Below the pieces are notes generated by a model that was not told the DNA's origin, did not search any database, and saw only the letters and a list, made by a program, of their open reading frames with translations. 34,662 nucleotides of DNA from Octopus bimaculoides (Eukaryota), in assembly GCF_001194135.2 (NCBI RefSeq), contig NC_068985.1, positions 62,171,728 to 62,206,389 on the forward strand. Reading direction: 5' to 3'. Of this stretch, positions 1-10,915 are shown in pieces. The translations under genes and the position numbers were made by a program. Numbering within the stretch: the stretch's first letter is position 1; every line of letters starts with the position of its first letter.

Positions 1-493
1 ATTACATGATCGAACGCACGCGTCATCCCTGCAAGTATGTTTTGAACTTTATATTTCTGATGCGACTCTATCTATTTTCGTATCTTTCTCCCCCTCTCGT
101 TCTTCCTTTTGTTACTACTATATCTCTCTCTTCCTCCCTGTCTCTCGTTGCTCATCTATATTCTACTTCCTCCCCTTTTTCTCCCTCTACCACTCTTTCT
201 CCCTACCCCTTGCTGGTCACATGTGTCCAGCTACTAATTCTTTTCATATCTTGGCCTCGCCAAGCACACACGAACATTCTTCGTCCCGTTTCCTTCGAGT
301 TCATTGCTTCACAGCGTTCAGTATACACATATCTTTTCATGTCTGGCCGTATAGCCTTTTTTTGTTTGTTTTCACTGTTTCGTTTTCCTGTCTTGTTTTC
401 TGTCCGCCACTACATTCCTTCATGGTACAAATTTAATTTGTGGTCCGTGGGAAGAGCCATTCTAACGATGCGTCCTGCCCTAACTCTTCCAAA

Positions 494-677
494 NNNNNNN
501 NNNNNNNNNNNNNNNNNNNNNNNNNNNNNNNNNNNNNNNNNNNNNNNNNNNNNNNNNNNNNNNNNNNNNNNNNNNNNNNNNNNNNNNNNNNNNNNNNNNN
601 NNNNNNNNNNNNNNNNNNNNNNNNNNNNNNNNNNNNNNNNNNNNNNNNNNNNNNNNNNNNNNNNNNNNNNNNNNNNN
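494..677. other. Assembly gap (N run). Other gaps: 8833-8842, 13772-14104, 15602-16099, 17005-17771, 19057-19385, 27470-28199, 29280-29372, 29956-30217, 31173-31925, 32568-32816
   Basis: Runs of n in the sequence. X-containing ORFs across them are artefacts. Confidence 0.99.
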
Positions 678-786
678 ATATATATATATATATATATACA
701 ACGGGCTTGCTTCTTTCAGTTATGTCCAGCTCCAGCACGACCGCACTCTAATGACTGAAACAAGTAAAAGAATAAACCAATAACCT

Positions 787-860
787 TGGGATGGTCATAG
801 CTGGAATATTTTAAATCCTCAATCAGCTCAATCAAGGCTGAGATAGGAGTAAACTGCTAT
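787..860 (+). mobile_element. Decayed 3' end of an ancient SINE-like family (family A)
   Basis: GGGATGGTCATAGCTGGAATATTTT...GCTCAATCAAGGCTGA aligns by eye with 2745-2810, 4480-4550 and 5240-5270. Confidence 0.5.
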
Positions 861-1234
861 GACAGCAACCTAAAATATGTTTATTTCAAAATTGTACAGA
901 AAAACAATGGGGATTGTAAATTATTTTCAACAGGAGGAAGTCATTTTGCAGAGAAATAATAGAAACAGTATCTGTATAAGTATTAATTAGGAACTTAAAA
1001 TACTTTGTTAATTTGAGCATACCAAAGTAATTTATCAATCACATTATCTTGTTTAAGAACTTACCAAAGTTATAAGATAAATCAAGGAACAGTAAGATTT
1101 AAAGATTTTTAAAGTGACTAGTTTGATATAGTCAGTCAGTTGGATGCTTAAACAGGTTGATATAGTCAATATATTCAGTTAAGTGAATGAAGACTTTACC
1201 ATCGTGTGTGGAGGATTTATGTGGTCAATTGACT

Positions 1235-1330
1235 CGCTAGACATAGCAAGTATAACTCCTTCAAATTATCCCATCTTATGAACGAAGACTCTGGATAATT
1301 TAGTGTGGAGTATAATATAGCTCGATGACC
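1235..1330 (+). mobile_element. Decayed body of SINE-like family A
   Basis: CTAGACATAGCAAG...CTCCTTCAAATTATCCCATCTTA...CTGGATAATTTAG resembles 2635-2715 and 3360-3430. Confidence 0.4.
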
Positions 1331-2099
1331 AAATTCGAAATATCTTTGGTCCTACATTTTTTTCCAACAACTCCCAATGATAATAGGAAAGTCATACAAT
1401 AGAAACCGTTTTACTAAATATTAATATATAAATAATACAACTGCTTGTAATTCTTAAAATTCAATATACTTTAATATATTTTACAAATATATAACCAATG
1501 ACTGCGACACAACGAGGTACCTACCACCAATATATGACTGAAACTTATCCAAGAAATCAACACATATTTTTGATTCATCACTGATACATTTTTAGTGATA
1601 GCAACTAAAGATATAGGACTTTAAAAGTTTTGCAACTGGAAAGGAATGGGTGAGTCAGGTCTTATCTGAAGTTACTGGAACTCTCTTAAAGCGCAATCTG
1701 AAAACAACACGAAGTGACGCCAAAGCACTGGTGTAGCTAGTAGTGCTAAATGAAATAATCTTAAAAAGATTATATTACCTATGCTTCGTAAATAACTGTT
1801 TCACACCTAATTATATAATGTTCTTAAGCTACTGTTTCAAAGTAATTGTATGGATTTAAAGCAAACATATTATTATTATGTTGAACAAATAAACTTCTGA
1901 TTTAATTTAGAACAGAACCAACATTTAAAAATAGTTGCTATAATCTTCGCCTTGTTTCTCTGCAGGAACTTTCCTTCTGAATATCCAAAGCTCCTTCAGT
2001 AAAACATATTTATGTTCTAAACTCAGTGAAGAGTCGAAAAGATGGAATGCATAAGGTGTTCACTTTGTACGGAGGGTTGTTGGGATCCGTCACTGGTGC

Positions 2100-2290
2100 G
2101 GTAATGTACTCTGATAGAGGGTAGGGAGTTACGTGTGATCACAGATGAACTAAATTACCTTGGATGTAAGCAGTGAGTTATGGCCCGTCTTTGGTATGAT
2201 TATGTACCCTGAATGAAGACAGTGAGTAAATTATGGGTAAACATCAGTGAATTAATGTACCCTGGGTGCGGGTAATGAGCTATGGATCAT
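2100..2290. repeat. Degenerate ~50-bp minisatellite, about 4 units
   Basis: Recurring (A/T)ATGTAC(C/T)CTG...AG(T/G)GAG(T/C)TA motif near 2103, 2154, 2201 and 2254. Confidence 0.55.
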
Positions 2291-2629
2291 CAAAGGTACA
2301 CCTTTTGAGGCACTAAATATTAGCGGCCCAATAGACCTGAAACGGCTGAACAAATCTGTATAACACGCATTTGTCAGCGACATGATTAAATGATTAATAA
2401 ATATCTATGCACAGGCAGCGTATATTAGAAAATATACGACAAATGTAATGTAATTAAACAATAATTTTCAACTCATTCGCTATGGAATGCGAGCAAATAT
2501 AAACGAATCTTGTTCTTCTCTTCGCAAATCCAGGAGATTATCCACTCCAGTTTCATAACTAAACGGACCCTCATCAGCAGATAAGTACTTTTCGTCAACA
2601 TATGCAACTTGTTCGATGAGGCTTGTTCG

Positions 2630-2810
2630 AACTTCTGGAAACAAAAGGCAAAACTCCCTCAAACCACACTATTTTCTTTAAAAAAGAGAGAACATATTGG
2701 GAAAATTATTCCTAGTTGCCTTATGTATGAATACATGTCTAGCTAGTTACAGCTGGAATATCTTTGATCGTAGTCCTGTTCCCTTAAGCCGACCTACGAT
2801 TATAGCACCA
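2630..2810 (+). mobile_element. Decayed body plus 3' end of SINE-like family A
   Basis: CTCCCTCAAACCACAC...TTAAAAAAGAGAGAACATATTGG...ACAGCTGGAATATCTTTGATCGTAG matches the other copies in the window. Confidence 0.55.
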
Positions 2811-3359
2811 TATTAATTTTTGAACGTATGATACATTAAATCATATACATTGAAGTTCCACCCATTTATGTAAACTGCATCGTCATGTCTTCGTGACATT
2901 GACAAGAGACAATCAAGTGATGAAATGGGGCGTACTAATTATCCTAAATACTAATTTACAAGAAAAACCTTTGAGCGTGGTTTCTCCAACTGTTGAAATA
3001 TCCAAATGTTCTTTAAATCATACCCTGTACCTCCAGCCCCTCCGACTGTGTGCAGTTAAATAAAGAAATTGGTATTCGAAGTGATATAAACAGAATCAGA
3101 TACACAACACCAGTTTTAATGAACTGGTTTTACAAAAAGAATTCCTGGTCATTGAAAGTTTAATTTTTTTGTCCCTGTAAATATGATTACTCTACAGGAA
3201 ATGGACAATTAAGGCTAAGAAAATATGAAAAATGTTCATACTCTTAACATCCGTTGCTGGTTTGGAGAATTCAGAAGAGTTTTGACAATTTGGAAACAAA
3301 CAGAACGTATTTAGATATGAAAAATCTATGACACGTTATTAAAGTAATTAAATATGATA

Positions 3360-3600
3360 GAAACAGCAGTCATATGTTCCTCAAACTATATTTTACTATC
3401 TTAAAAGGGTACAGCTGGATAAAGTAGGTCTAAATATATTACATTTGAAAAAAGCTCAAATTGGCTTCGGCTCGAACTAAACAACAATAGTACCAACAAT
3501 AACAACGATAATGACAATCATAACAAAAATAACAGCGACAACAACCATAACAGCAACTACAATAATAAGAACAGTAACAACGACAACAGCATAATAACTG
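3360..3600 (+). mobile_element. Decayed SINE-like family A copy with a degenerate (AAC/AAT)n tail
   Basis: GAAACAGCAG...CCTCAAAC...TATCTTAAAAGGG...CTGGATAAAGTAG...CTAAACAACAA, followed by AAC-rich trinucleotide sequence at about 3478-3600. Confidence 0.5.
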
Positions 3601-4019
3601 CAAAATTATTTCCTTGATGCTATATCTACAATAGTTGAAGAGACTTAATAGTTAGTGACGTCTATGTAAAAATTATCAAACGTATCAGCATGATCGCTGT
3701 TGGGATATGAAATAGATCATTATATGCAGTGGGGTTGTTTATCTTTTTATTTCAAATTGCTTATAATGACTTATTATATCATTGACATTGGAATATTAGA
3801 TGTTAATTCATAATTTCAATGAGACCTAATTATGTAATTATGAAACCGGTAGAATGATGAAATGTTGTCATTTCACAATTTTGTTGTCACAAGATAACCA
3901 TAGATTTAGATTTCTTGTACAATATGGAGAAATTGGAGGAAAAACTAAGTATTGTCTTCTGTAGAGATCAGAAGTCAGTGTACTTCTGCATAGGAATGGC
4001 CTGTAAAGGTGAACAAGAG

Positions 4020-4390
4020 ACAGCTAGATGTCAATATAGATTTGTGAAATGGTGGACACGGAGAGAGAGGGGAGCTAGGGGTCAATTTGTGTTGTACAGA
4101 GATGCAGATAATATGGGTAATATTGGTATCAATATACTATTGTGCAGGTATGGACATCATAAGGAGACAAAGGAAAGCTAGGGATAAATATAATGAGTCG
4201 GACTGTGGACAAGAGAGATTTAGGGGTCAAATGCTTTTGAATAGGAATAAACAATAAGTATACAGAAGAGAGCTACGGCTATGTAGGGAAATATATGCAG
4301 TCTACTGTTGTATAGGGAAAATGGAGATGCTGGAGACTTAGGGGTCAATACAGTGTTGTGCAGGGATGGACAATATAGAGATAGGAAGGA
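4020..4390. repeat. Degenerate ~50-bp tandem array, about 7 units
   Basis: Recurring AGCTAGGGGTCAAT...TTGTGCAGG.ATGGACA motif near 4022, 4072, 4125, 4176, 4218 and 4335. Confidence 0.65.
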
Positions 4391-4479
4391 ATCCAAGGTG
4401 ATTTTAGATAGACTCTTGACATGTGAGAAATAACAGCTAAATTTTACTGAATTACATGTTTACAATTGTAAAACGACGT

Positions 4480-4560
4480 GATGGTTGAATAAATCTGATC
4501 ATAGGTCTGCTCGAGTAGGGCTGATCAAGGGCTAAACAACTACAACAATGATTATTATTA
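4480..4560 (+). mobile_element. 3' end of SINE-like family A
   Basis: TGATCATAGGTCTGCTCGAGTAGGGCTGATCAAGGGCTAAACAACTACAACAA, with an AAC/ATT tail. Confidence 0.55.
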
Positions 4561-5099
4561 ACAAATTCTATGCCGTGTAAATAACTAAATTTACAGTTTT
4601 TGTAATCCTGCACCGTGTAGATAGCTTCTAATTTTCCAATTTTTATATTCCTGTTCGTTCAATGTATTAGTTCGACTTCAAAATCTTTTCGTGAAGAATA
4701 GAATGGAAGAAACGGATTGGATTGGATAAATAACGAGACAATTTCTAGAAGTGGGTGCCCAATTGTAATTCATCCGTCATTTTTTCTTTGTCTTCTCTCA
4801 CAAATACAGACACACCCGGAACAACACCCTTAAATCATTAGTTCCTTACTTCAGAGTCTGGATAGGCATAAAAACTCATCAGGACACATAGACACACATT
4901 CGTGTTTGCACTCTTGCATACACACACGCGTGCACACATACACACATGCACATACAGGTTCAAACACATATGCACAAACGTAAACATACACACAAACACA
5001 CACACAACAGTAGTATACTGGTTCCCAACATGCTACTGAGATGTAGAATACCAATAATAAGTAGAGATCCATTTTGTCCTGCACTGGCCTGATCATTGT

Positions 5100-5290
5100 T
5101 ACAATCTACAGGAGGTGGATACACATGGTTACTCGACCTATAAGTAATATCAACAGAATCCCACTTTACCATCTTAGAAATAAGGGACACACTAGGTAGT
5201 GTAATCCGAGATAGACTATACCTGAATAAAAGCTGAGAGGATCACGGCTGGAACAGCTTTGCTCGTAATTCCACGGGATCAGAGATAACG
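5100..5290 (+). mobile_element. Decayed SINE-like family A copy
   Basis: CCCACTTTACCATCTTAGAAATAAGGGACACACTAGGTAGTGTAATCC...GATCACGGCTGGAACAGCTTTG aligns with 2665-2770. Confidence 0.5.
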
Positions 5291-5345
5291 TTATTATTGG
5301 CATGTTTTATTTGGTGGAACTGCACTCACGGTCTTCTTGGGGTCC

Positions 5346-6185
5346 TCACTTGGAAAAGATCCACGCATTTAACTTCCTCTTGAACTGTTGCAAGCCGACT
5401 GCAAGAAAAAACACATGGACAGAGAAGGATATCCACAGAGTGGAGACGTTCTGGAAAGGAAGTACTGAGCGTAGTGGTTTGTGCGAGGCCTGTGGAGGAG
5501 ATAAAAGACAATACGAGCGATGAGAGAAATGAGTGATTTGTAAGTGGATAATTGGCGATGGGTCAAGGTATGTGGCGATGGGTCAAGGTATGTGGCGAAG
5601 TGGATAGGGTATTGCACTCAAGAACGCTAGATTGTAGGTTCGATTCCCGAATCGGGTGGAGCGTTGTGTTCTTGAGCAAAATACTTTATTTCACGTTGCT
5701 CAGCAAGTGGGAAAGTGGCAGAACCGTTGGCGCGTCGGAAAACATTCTTTACGGTATTTGTAAGTTGTGCTGGTGGGGTGAAATATTTTCTGGGGAGGAA
5801 AAACCGATGTTTGGTATGCAGTCTTTCGAAGGGGGTATGCAAGACTTTCCAAGGTGGCCAAGAGAAATCGTGTGCCAGATATGGTAGAATAGCTTCTAAT
5901 ATCGGAACAACCTCGCTATTTTTACCGCAAATTGTCGAGGGTGAGGACAGTTGGAGTGCATGCATTGTTGGGAGACACTACTGAGATATTGTCAGGGTCG
6001 GTGATATTGTACAGAAACAGAGTGTACTGTGGAGAGAGTACACGACATGTCCAGATTGTCACACTGCACCGCATACAGACCATCGCTGGATGTTTTGGTC
6101 CTCAGGTGAGAAGAGACATATACTTGGTACGATAGATCTTTGAGTTGTACCTAGTGGCTAGGTCAACCACGTAACCTTGTACCAC
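5346..6185 (-). pseudogene. Heavily decayed CR1/Jockey-group LINE ORF2 3' part (RT thumb and C-terminus), interrupted by a SINE
   Basis: Minus-strand pieces in different frames: VLSPQYTLFL (RT motif B-like), HDFSW, RKYFTPPAQL, RTNHYAQYFLSRTSPL/W-SF...LQQFKRKLNAW* (stop 5346-5348). These resemble CR1-type endings such as YFTPxQL and RT..F..RT..LWN.LP...FKR. Confidence 0.55.
5548..5704 (+). mobile_element. tRNA-derived SINE, 5' portion
   Basis: A-box TGGCGAAGTGG (5593-5603), B-box GGTTCGATTCC (5637-5647). Flanked by a 6-bp direct repeat AAGTGG (5542-5547, 5705-5710). A 20-bp tandem duplication lies at 5553-5592. Confidence 0.75.
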
Positions 6186-6208
6186 ACAAAAACAGCAACA
6201 ATGATATA

Positions 6209-7793
6209 TAGTGGGGGGGGGGAATTCGTATATGTCAAAATTCTTTATTTAATTTCTAATGAACATAAATGGGATATACCAATACTATATTTGCATATAC
6301 ATGCATAAACTAAGAATATGCAAAAGAAACTAGTAAATTATAGTAACTAATGAATTTATATACAATTATAAATATCTAGGGGTGAAAAAATATTCGTACA
6401 GAATAAATTTATGATTTTCTATGCCACAAAATACAGTTAAAATAATTTTTTTCTACTAGAACTTTCTCGTTTGTCCCAATAATCTTATCAGTAGTCATTT
6501 TTAAGTGTCAAAACGCTAATTTCTTCATTCAGCACTGAGACAACATAAAGTAGTGTCGTAATAATGGCGAAAAGTAAAGAACTCACAAATTCAGTGAAAA
6601 ACTTAATTATTGAACAGTGGAAAGCAGGTAAAAGTTACAGGAAAATATCATAGACCCTTTGTATTCCATTTTCTACCATATCTTCATTTATTCAAAGTTA
6701 TGAAACGTCAGGAACTGTTGAAAACAGAATAAGATCCGGTGCACCATGCAAGATTTCCCCTAGATCTTTAAGAAAAATGAAGCAAAGAATCAAAAAAAAA
6801 TTGCAATGATCACCAGAAAAGAGTTTCAAGAAGATTTGTCAGCTTCAGGGACTAGTATTACACCACGAACAATCAGCAATGAACTTCATAGGAATGAACT
6901 GAAGTCATGCTCTCCTAGAAAAACTCCACTGTTGACTAAAAGGCATAGAGATGCCCGTTTAAAATTTGTTTATGAACATAAAGATAAATCTGATACATTC
7001 TGGGAAAATGTTCTATGGACAGACGAGTTGAAAATTGAATTGTTTGGACGAAATTCGCATAGCCATGTTTGAAGGAGAGATGGTACCGCCTATTCGCCGA
7101 AAAACACAATTTCTACCATAAAGTTTGGAGGTGGCAACATCATGGTCTGGGGGTGTTTCTCTGCAAATGGCACTAGAATGAATGCAGAGATGTACCAAAA
7201 TATTTTGAACAGTAATTTATGGGACTCTGTAGAAAAGCTCCAGCTTTGTGAAGGGTGGGAATGACCTTAAACACACGGCGAAGTCTACCAAAAATGGATT
7301 GTCGATCACAATAAAAAATTATTAGAATGCCCAAGCCAGTCACCTGACTTGAACCCCATTGAAAATTTGTGGCGTTATTTGAAAATTAAAATTCATTCAA
7401 GAGCCCCAATATGCATTCCAGATTTGAAGAAAATTTGTCAAGAAGAATGGGAAAAAATTCCTAAAGAAACATGCAAGTCATTGATTAAGATCTACAAGAA
7501 GAGATTGGTTGAAGTGGAACTGAATAATGGTTATACTACGAAGTATTAAATCAGAATTATCGGTTATTTATGTTCTGTACAAATACTTTTTTCACTCCTA
7601 AATATTTATAATTGAATATAAATTCATTAGTTACTATGATTTATTAGTTTCTTTTGCATATTCTTAGTTTATGCATGTATATGCAAATATAGTATTAGTA
7701 TATCCCATTTATGTTCATTAGAAATTAAATAAATAAAGAGTTTTGACATGTACGAATATTTAACCCCACACACACACACACACACACACACTG
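6209..7793 (+). mobile_element. Complete Tc1-family DNA transposon (DD34E, IR/DR type), inactivated
   Basis: TA target duplication (6207-6208, 7794-7795). ~200-bp inverted repeats (about 6209-6409 and 7566-7793) with termini TAGTG...CACTG. An AAATATTCGTACA-like direct repeat sits at both ends of each TIR. Confidence 0.95.
6564..7549 (+). pseudogene. Tc1 transposase pseudogene (stops, frameshifts, deletion at the second catalytic D)
   Basis: MAKSKEL...[59 protein letters not shown]. Spacing from the lost D position to E is 34 residues. Confidence 0.95.
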
Positions 7794-7922
7794 TATTTAT
7801 TCATCCAGTCTTCATTATCAAAATATTGCAAAAGGTATTCTACTCCTGAAAGACAAGTATCTCATGTCAAGCTAAAAAAATGGACAATATTTCAGTAAAA
7901 TATACCCACTTTTCTTTAATTC

Positions 7923-8023
<101 letters not shown>

Positions 8024-8242
8024 GTGTGTGTTATTGAACAAAGCGTGTAACTTCATCTATTCTAGACTATCTCTAGATGAAAGTCTATCTCGATCACATA
8101 CCTTACATACAAGAATATACACACACACGTATGTATGTATATATGTATAAACAAAACAATAAAGACAACGACCGAAATTTCTTGTGTGCAATGATGCATG
8201 GCTGCAGGGAGGCATTGGTACGTAACTCACTTAGAGAAAATC

Positions 8243-8379
8243 ACAACAACAACAACAACAACAAGAAAGAAGAAGAAGAAGAAGAAGAAGAAGAAGAAGA
8301 AGAAGAAGAAGAAGAAGAAGAAGAAGAAGAAGAAGAAGAAGAAGAAGAAGAAGAAGAAGAAGAAGAAGAAGAAGAAGAA
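8243..8379. repeat. Compound (AAC)n-(GAA)n microsatellite
   Basis: Direct reading, about 7 AAC and about 38 GAA units. Confidence 0.99.
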
Positions 8380-10915
8380 TATAATGCTAAAGCTGACTGG
8401 ATAAAGCGTGAGAAAGTGAGACTGGATGAAGTTGAAGAGCAGAAATGGAAGGCAATAGAAATAGAAGAGCTAAGATGTGTTCTTAGGAAGTCTCACAAAT
8501 GGAAAACCCCAGGGCTGGATCGAATTCCTAACTTCTGGCTAAACAGTCTGACAGAAGTACACCAACATTTCGCTGCATCTCTGACTGATGTGATCCAGAA
8601 CCCAGAGCAAATACCTGTCTGGTTAACCGAAAGAACAACATACCTTCTGTCAAAAACTGAAGACACAAAAATCCCAAAGAACTACCGACCAATAACATAC
8701 CTCAACACCACTTACAAGATCCTCACATGCATATTAACTGACAGAATATACGCTTTCCTTGAACAGAGATCTATCCTTCCACTGCTCAAAATGGCTGTAA
8801 AAGGAAATCTTATGGGTGCAAAGGTCAATTACNNNNNNNNNNTGCTCAAAATGGCTGTAAAAGGAAATCTTATGGGTGCAAAGGTCAATTACTCATAAGT
8901 AAAATGATTGTAGAGAATTGCTGGAGCAAAAAGAAAAACCTGAGTATGACATGGATAGACTACAGGAAAACGTTTGCTAGTGCCCCACATAATTGGATAC
9001 TCAAGACCCTTGAAATATATAAGATCTCTCCTGTCATCTCCAAATTCTTACAAGGTAGCATGGCCAAATGGAACACACGTCTCCTTATAAACTATAGTAA
9101 TGGGATGAGTCAAACTAACAACATCCACATTAAACGAGGCATCTTTCAAGATGACTCCCTCTCCCCATTACTCTTTTGCATGGCACTGATCCCACTCTCA
9201 AACGAACTAAATTCCACCAGGTATGGGTTCAAAGTCTACAATACGACAATAGACCATCCGTTTTATTTGGACTATCTGAGGTTGTTTGGTAGAAAAAAAC
9301 GATGAGCTAGTAGAATTGCTAACAACTGTTAAAGAATTCAGCAATGGCATCGGGATGAACTTTGACCTTGGTAAGTGTGCTCAAGCAACTTTTGTAAGAA
9401 GCAAACTCATGCAAACAGCTTCCATTAAATTAGATACCGACACTACAATCAAGGAGCTTTACCCACAAGAAAGTTACACATACCTGGGGATAAACGAAGG
9501 AGATAGTATACAACATGCTACTTTGAATTAAAAAATAAGAAAGGAGTATTACAGGAGAGTAAGACTCATACTAAAAACTAAACCGAACTCTAAAAAACGC
9601 ATCGGAGCCATTAACACCCTGGCATTTCCAATAGTCCAATATAGGTTTAAAATCATTAACTGGAATCTTACAGAACTCCAACGCCTGGACAGGAAAACAA
9701 AGAAAACTATTAACTTCTAAGAACATGCACCACCCAAAATCAGATGTTGATCGTCCCATTACCTAGAAGTAATGGGGGAAGAGGAATGTTGCAGGTAGAA
9801 CTGTATTATAAAACCTCCACAATAGAAATGAACAGGTACTTATCTAGTACATAGGACTGGACGCTGCGACTTGTGTGCAAACACGAAAGCAGCACAAAAT
9901 CACATTCTATTGTCAAGGAAGCTTGCAAATTTGCAAGGCAACTTGGCATTAACCCTGGAATAGTAGTAGAACCTGAAACCACTGCCACAAATTTTTTAAA
10001 ATGGATCAAGAAGACTGCAAAAAAGAAAGGGCAGAAACAAATTGAGGAGCAGTGGAGCTGGAAGCCTCTACATGGACAGTATATATTTCGAAGTCGAAAT
10101 GCTGATGTAGATCAATCAACAACCCTTCAGTGGCTGAGAAGTTCAGGACTGAAAGCAGAGAGTGAATGTTTCATATTGGCAACACAAGATCAAAGCTTGC
10201 TTACAAAAAACTACCAGATTAACGTTCTTCAAAATGGTTCTGACCCTAGATGCAGATTCTGCGATAATTTGACGAAACAATACACCATCTCGTCTCGGGG
10301 TGTCCTGTGCTGATACCAAACGAATACAAAAATCGACACGATAGGGTAGAAAATATGTAAACACTACAAAATCAGCACTCCTGCTTACTGGTATGATCAT
10401 CATCCTGAGCCAGTCGTTGAAGGTAAAAATGCCACTATCCTCTGGGATTTTCCAATCAACACCGACAAAACAGTCCAGGCTAATCGATCAGACATAATTA
10501 TTAAAGACAGGGAAGAAAATACTTGTAGACTAATAGATGTAATTGTTCCCACTGAAAAATAGATATCTGTAAAGGAATTTGACAAACTGAGTAAATATAA
10601 GGACTTGGAAATTGAAATACAAAAGATATGGCACTTAAAGTAAAAACTGTTTCTGTTAGTGTAGGTATGATAAAAAAAGGGATGTAAGAAACATCTAGAT
10701 AAGATCTAAGGGGAACCATGTCTCAGTACTGACAAGTAGTGGACACATCCTTAGAAAAATTCTATCCATTTAAATGTCTGTGTTGTATTACGTGAAGATA
10801 TTTCGCTAATTCCCCTCCTTAAGCTTCCAGTCATAATGTAACATCTCTTATCCTTCACTCGTCCTAGAACGCTGTGTTTGCATCGGCAAGTGACTGTAAC
10901 AGATCAAAAGTAAAT
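8380..10915 (+). mobile_element. R4/Dong-type RLE non-LTR retrotransposon, copy 1 (5'-truncated, frameshifted)
   Basis: WKTPGLDRIPNFW, NYRPITYL, WIDYRK, RGIFQDDSLSPLLF, YTYLG, HHPKSDVDR, CRFC zinc knuckle, RHDRV, LWDFPI, NRSDII, IDV, KLSKYKDL. ORF stop at 10771-10773, then 3' UTR. Confidence 0.92.

Noticed and set aside
2480-2662. Protein-like minus-strand ORF with a good acceptor (TTTTGTTTCCAG), a possible terminal exon
   Set aside because: The acceptor lies in the antisense of a SINE-like copy, there is no recognisable domain, and no partner exons were found. It is not fully excluded.
2100-4390. CRISPR-like spaced repeats
   Set aside because: The units are degenerate tandem copies without unique spacers, there are no cas genes, and the context is eukaryotic.
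4960-5222. Minus-strand ORF resembling a GPI-anchor C-terminus
   Set aside because: It is the antisense of a SINE-like relic, and the hydrophobic end comes partly from (TG)-rich sequence.
5320-6110. Several strong splice-like sites suggesting a small-intron gene on either strand
   Set aside because: The region is better explained by frameshifted CR1-type ORF2 motifs plus a SINE insertion.
8783-8892. Exact 50-bp direct repeat inside the LINE
   Set aside because: The copies flank a 10-N gap, which is a typical contig-overlap artefact.
8077-8898. 273-aa ORF with poly-Asn/poly-Glu fused to an RT region
   Set aside because: It is a chance in-frame read-through of (AAC)n(GAA)n into a truncated LINE; the downstream frame is broken.
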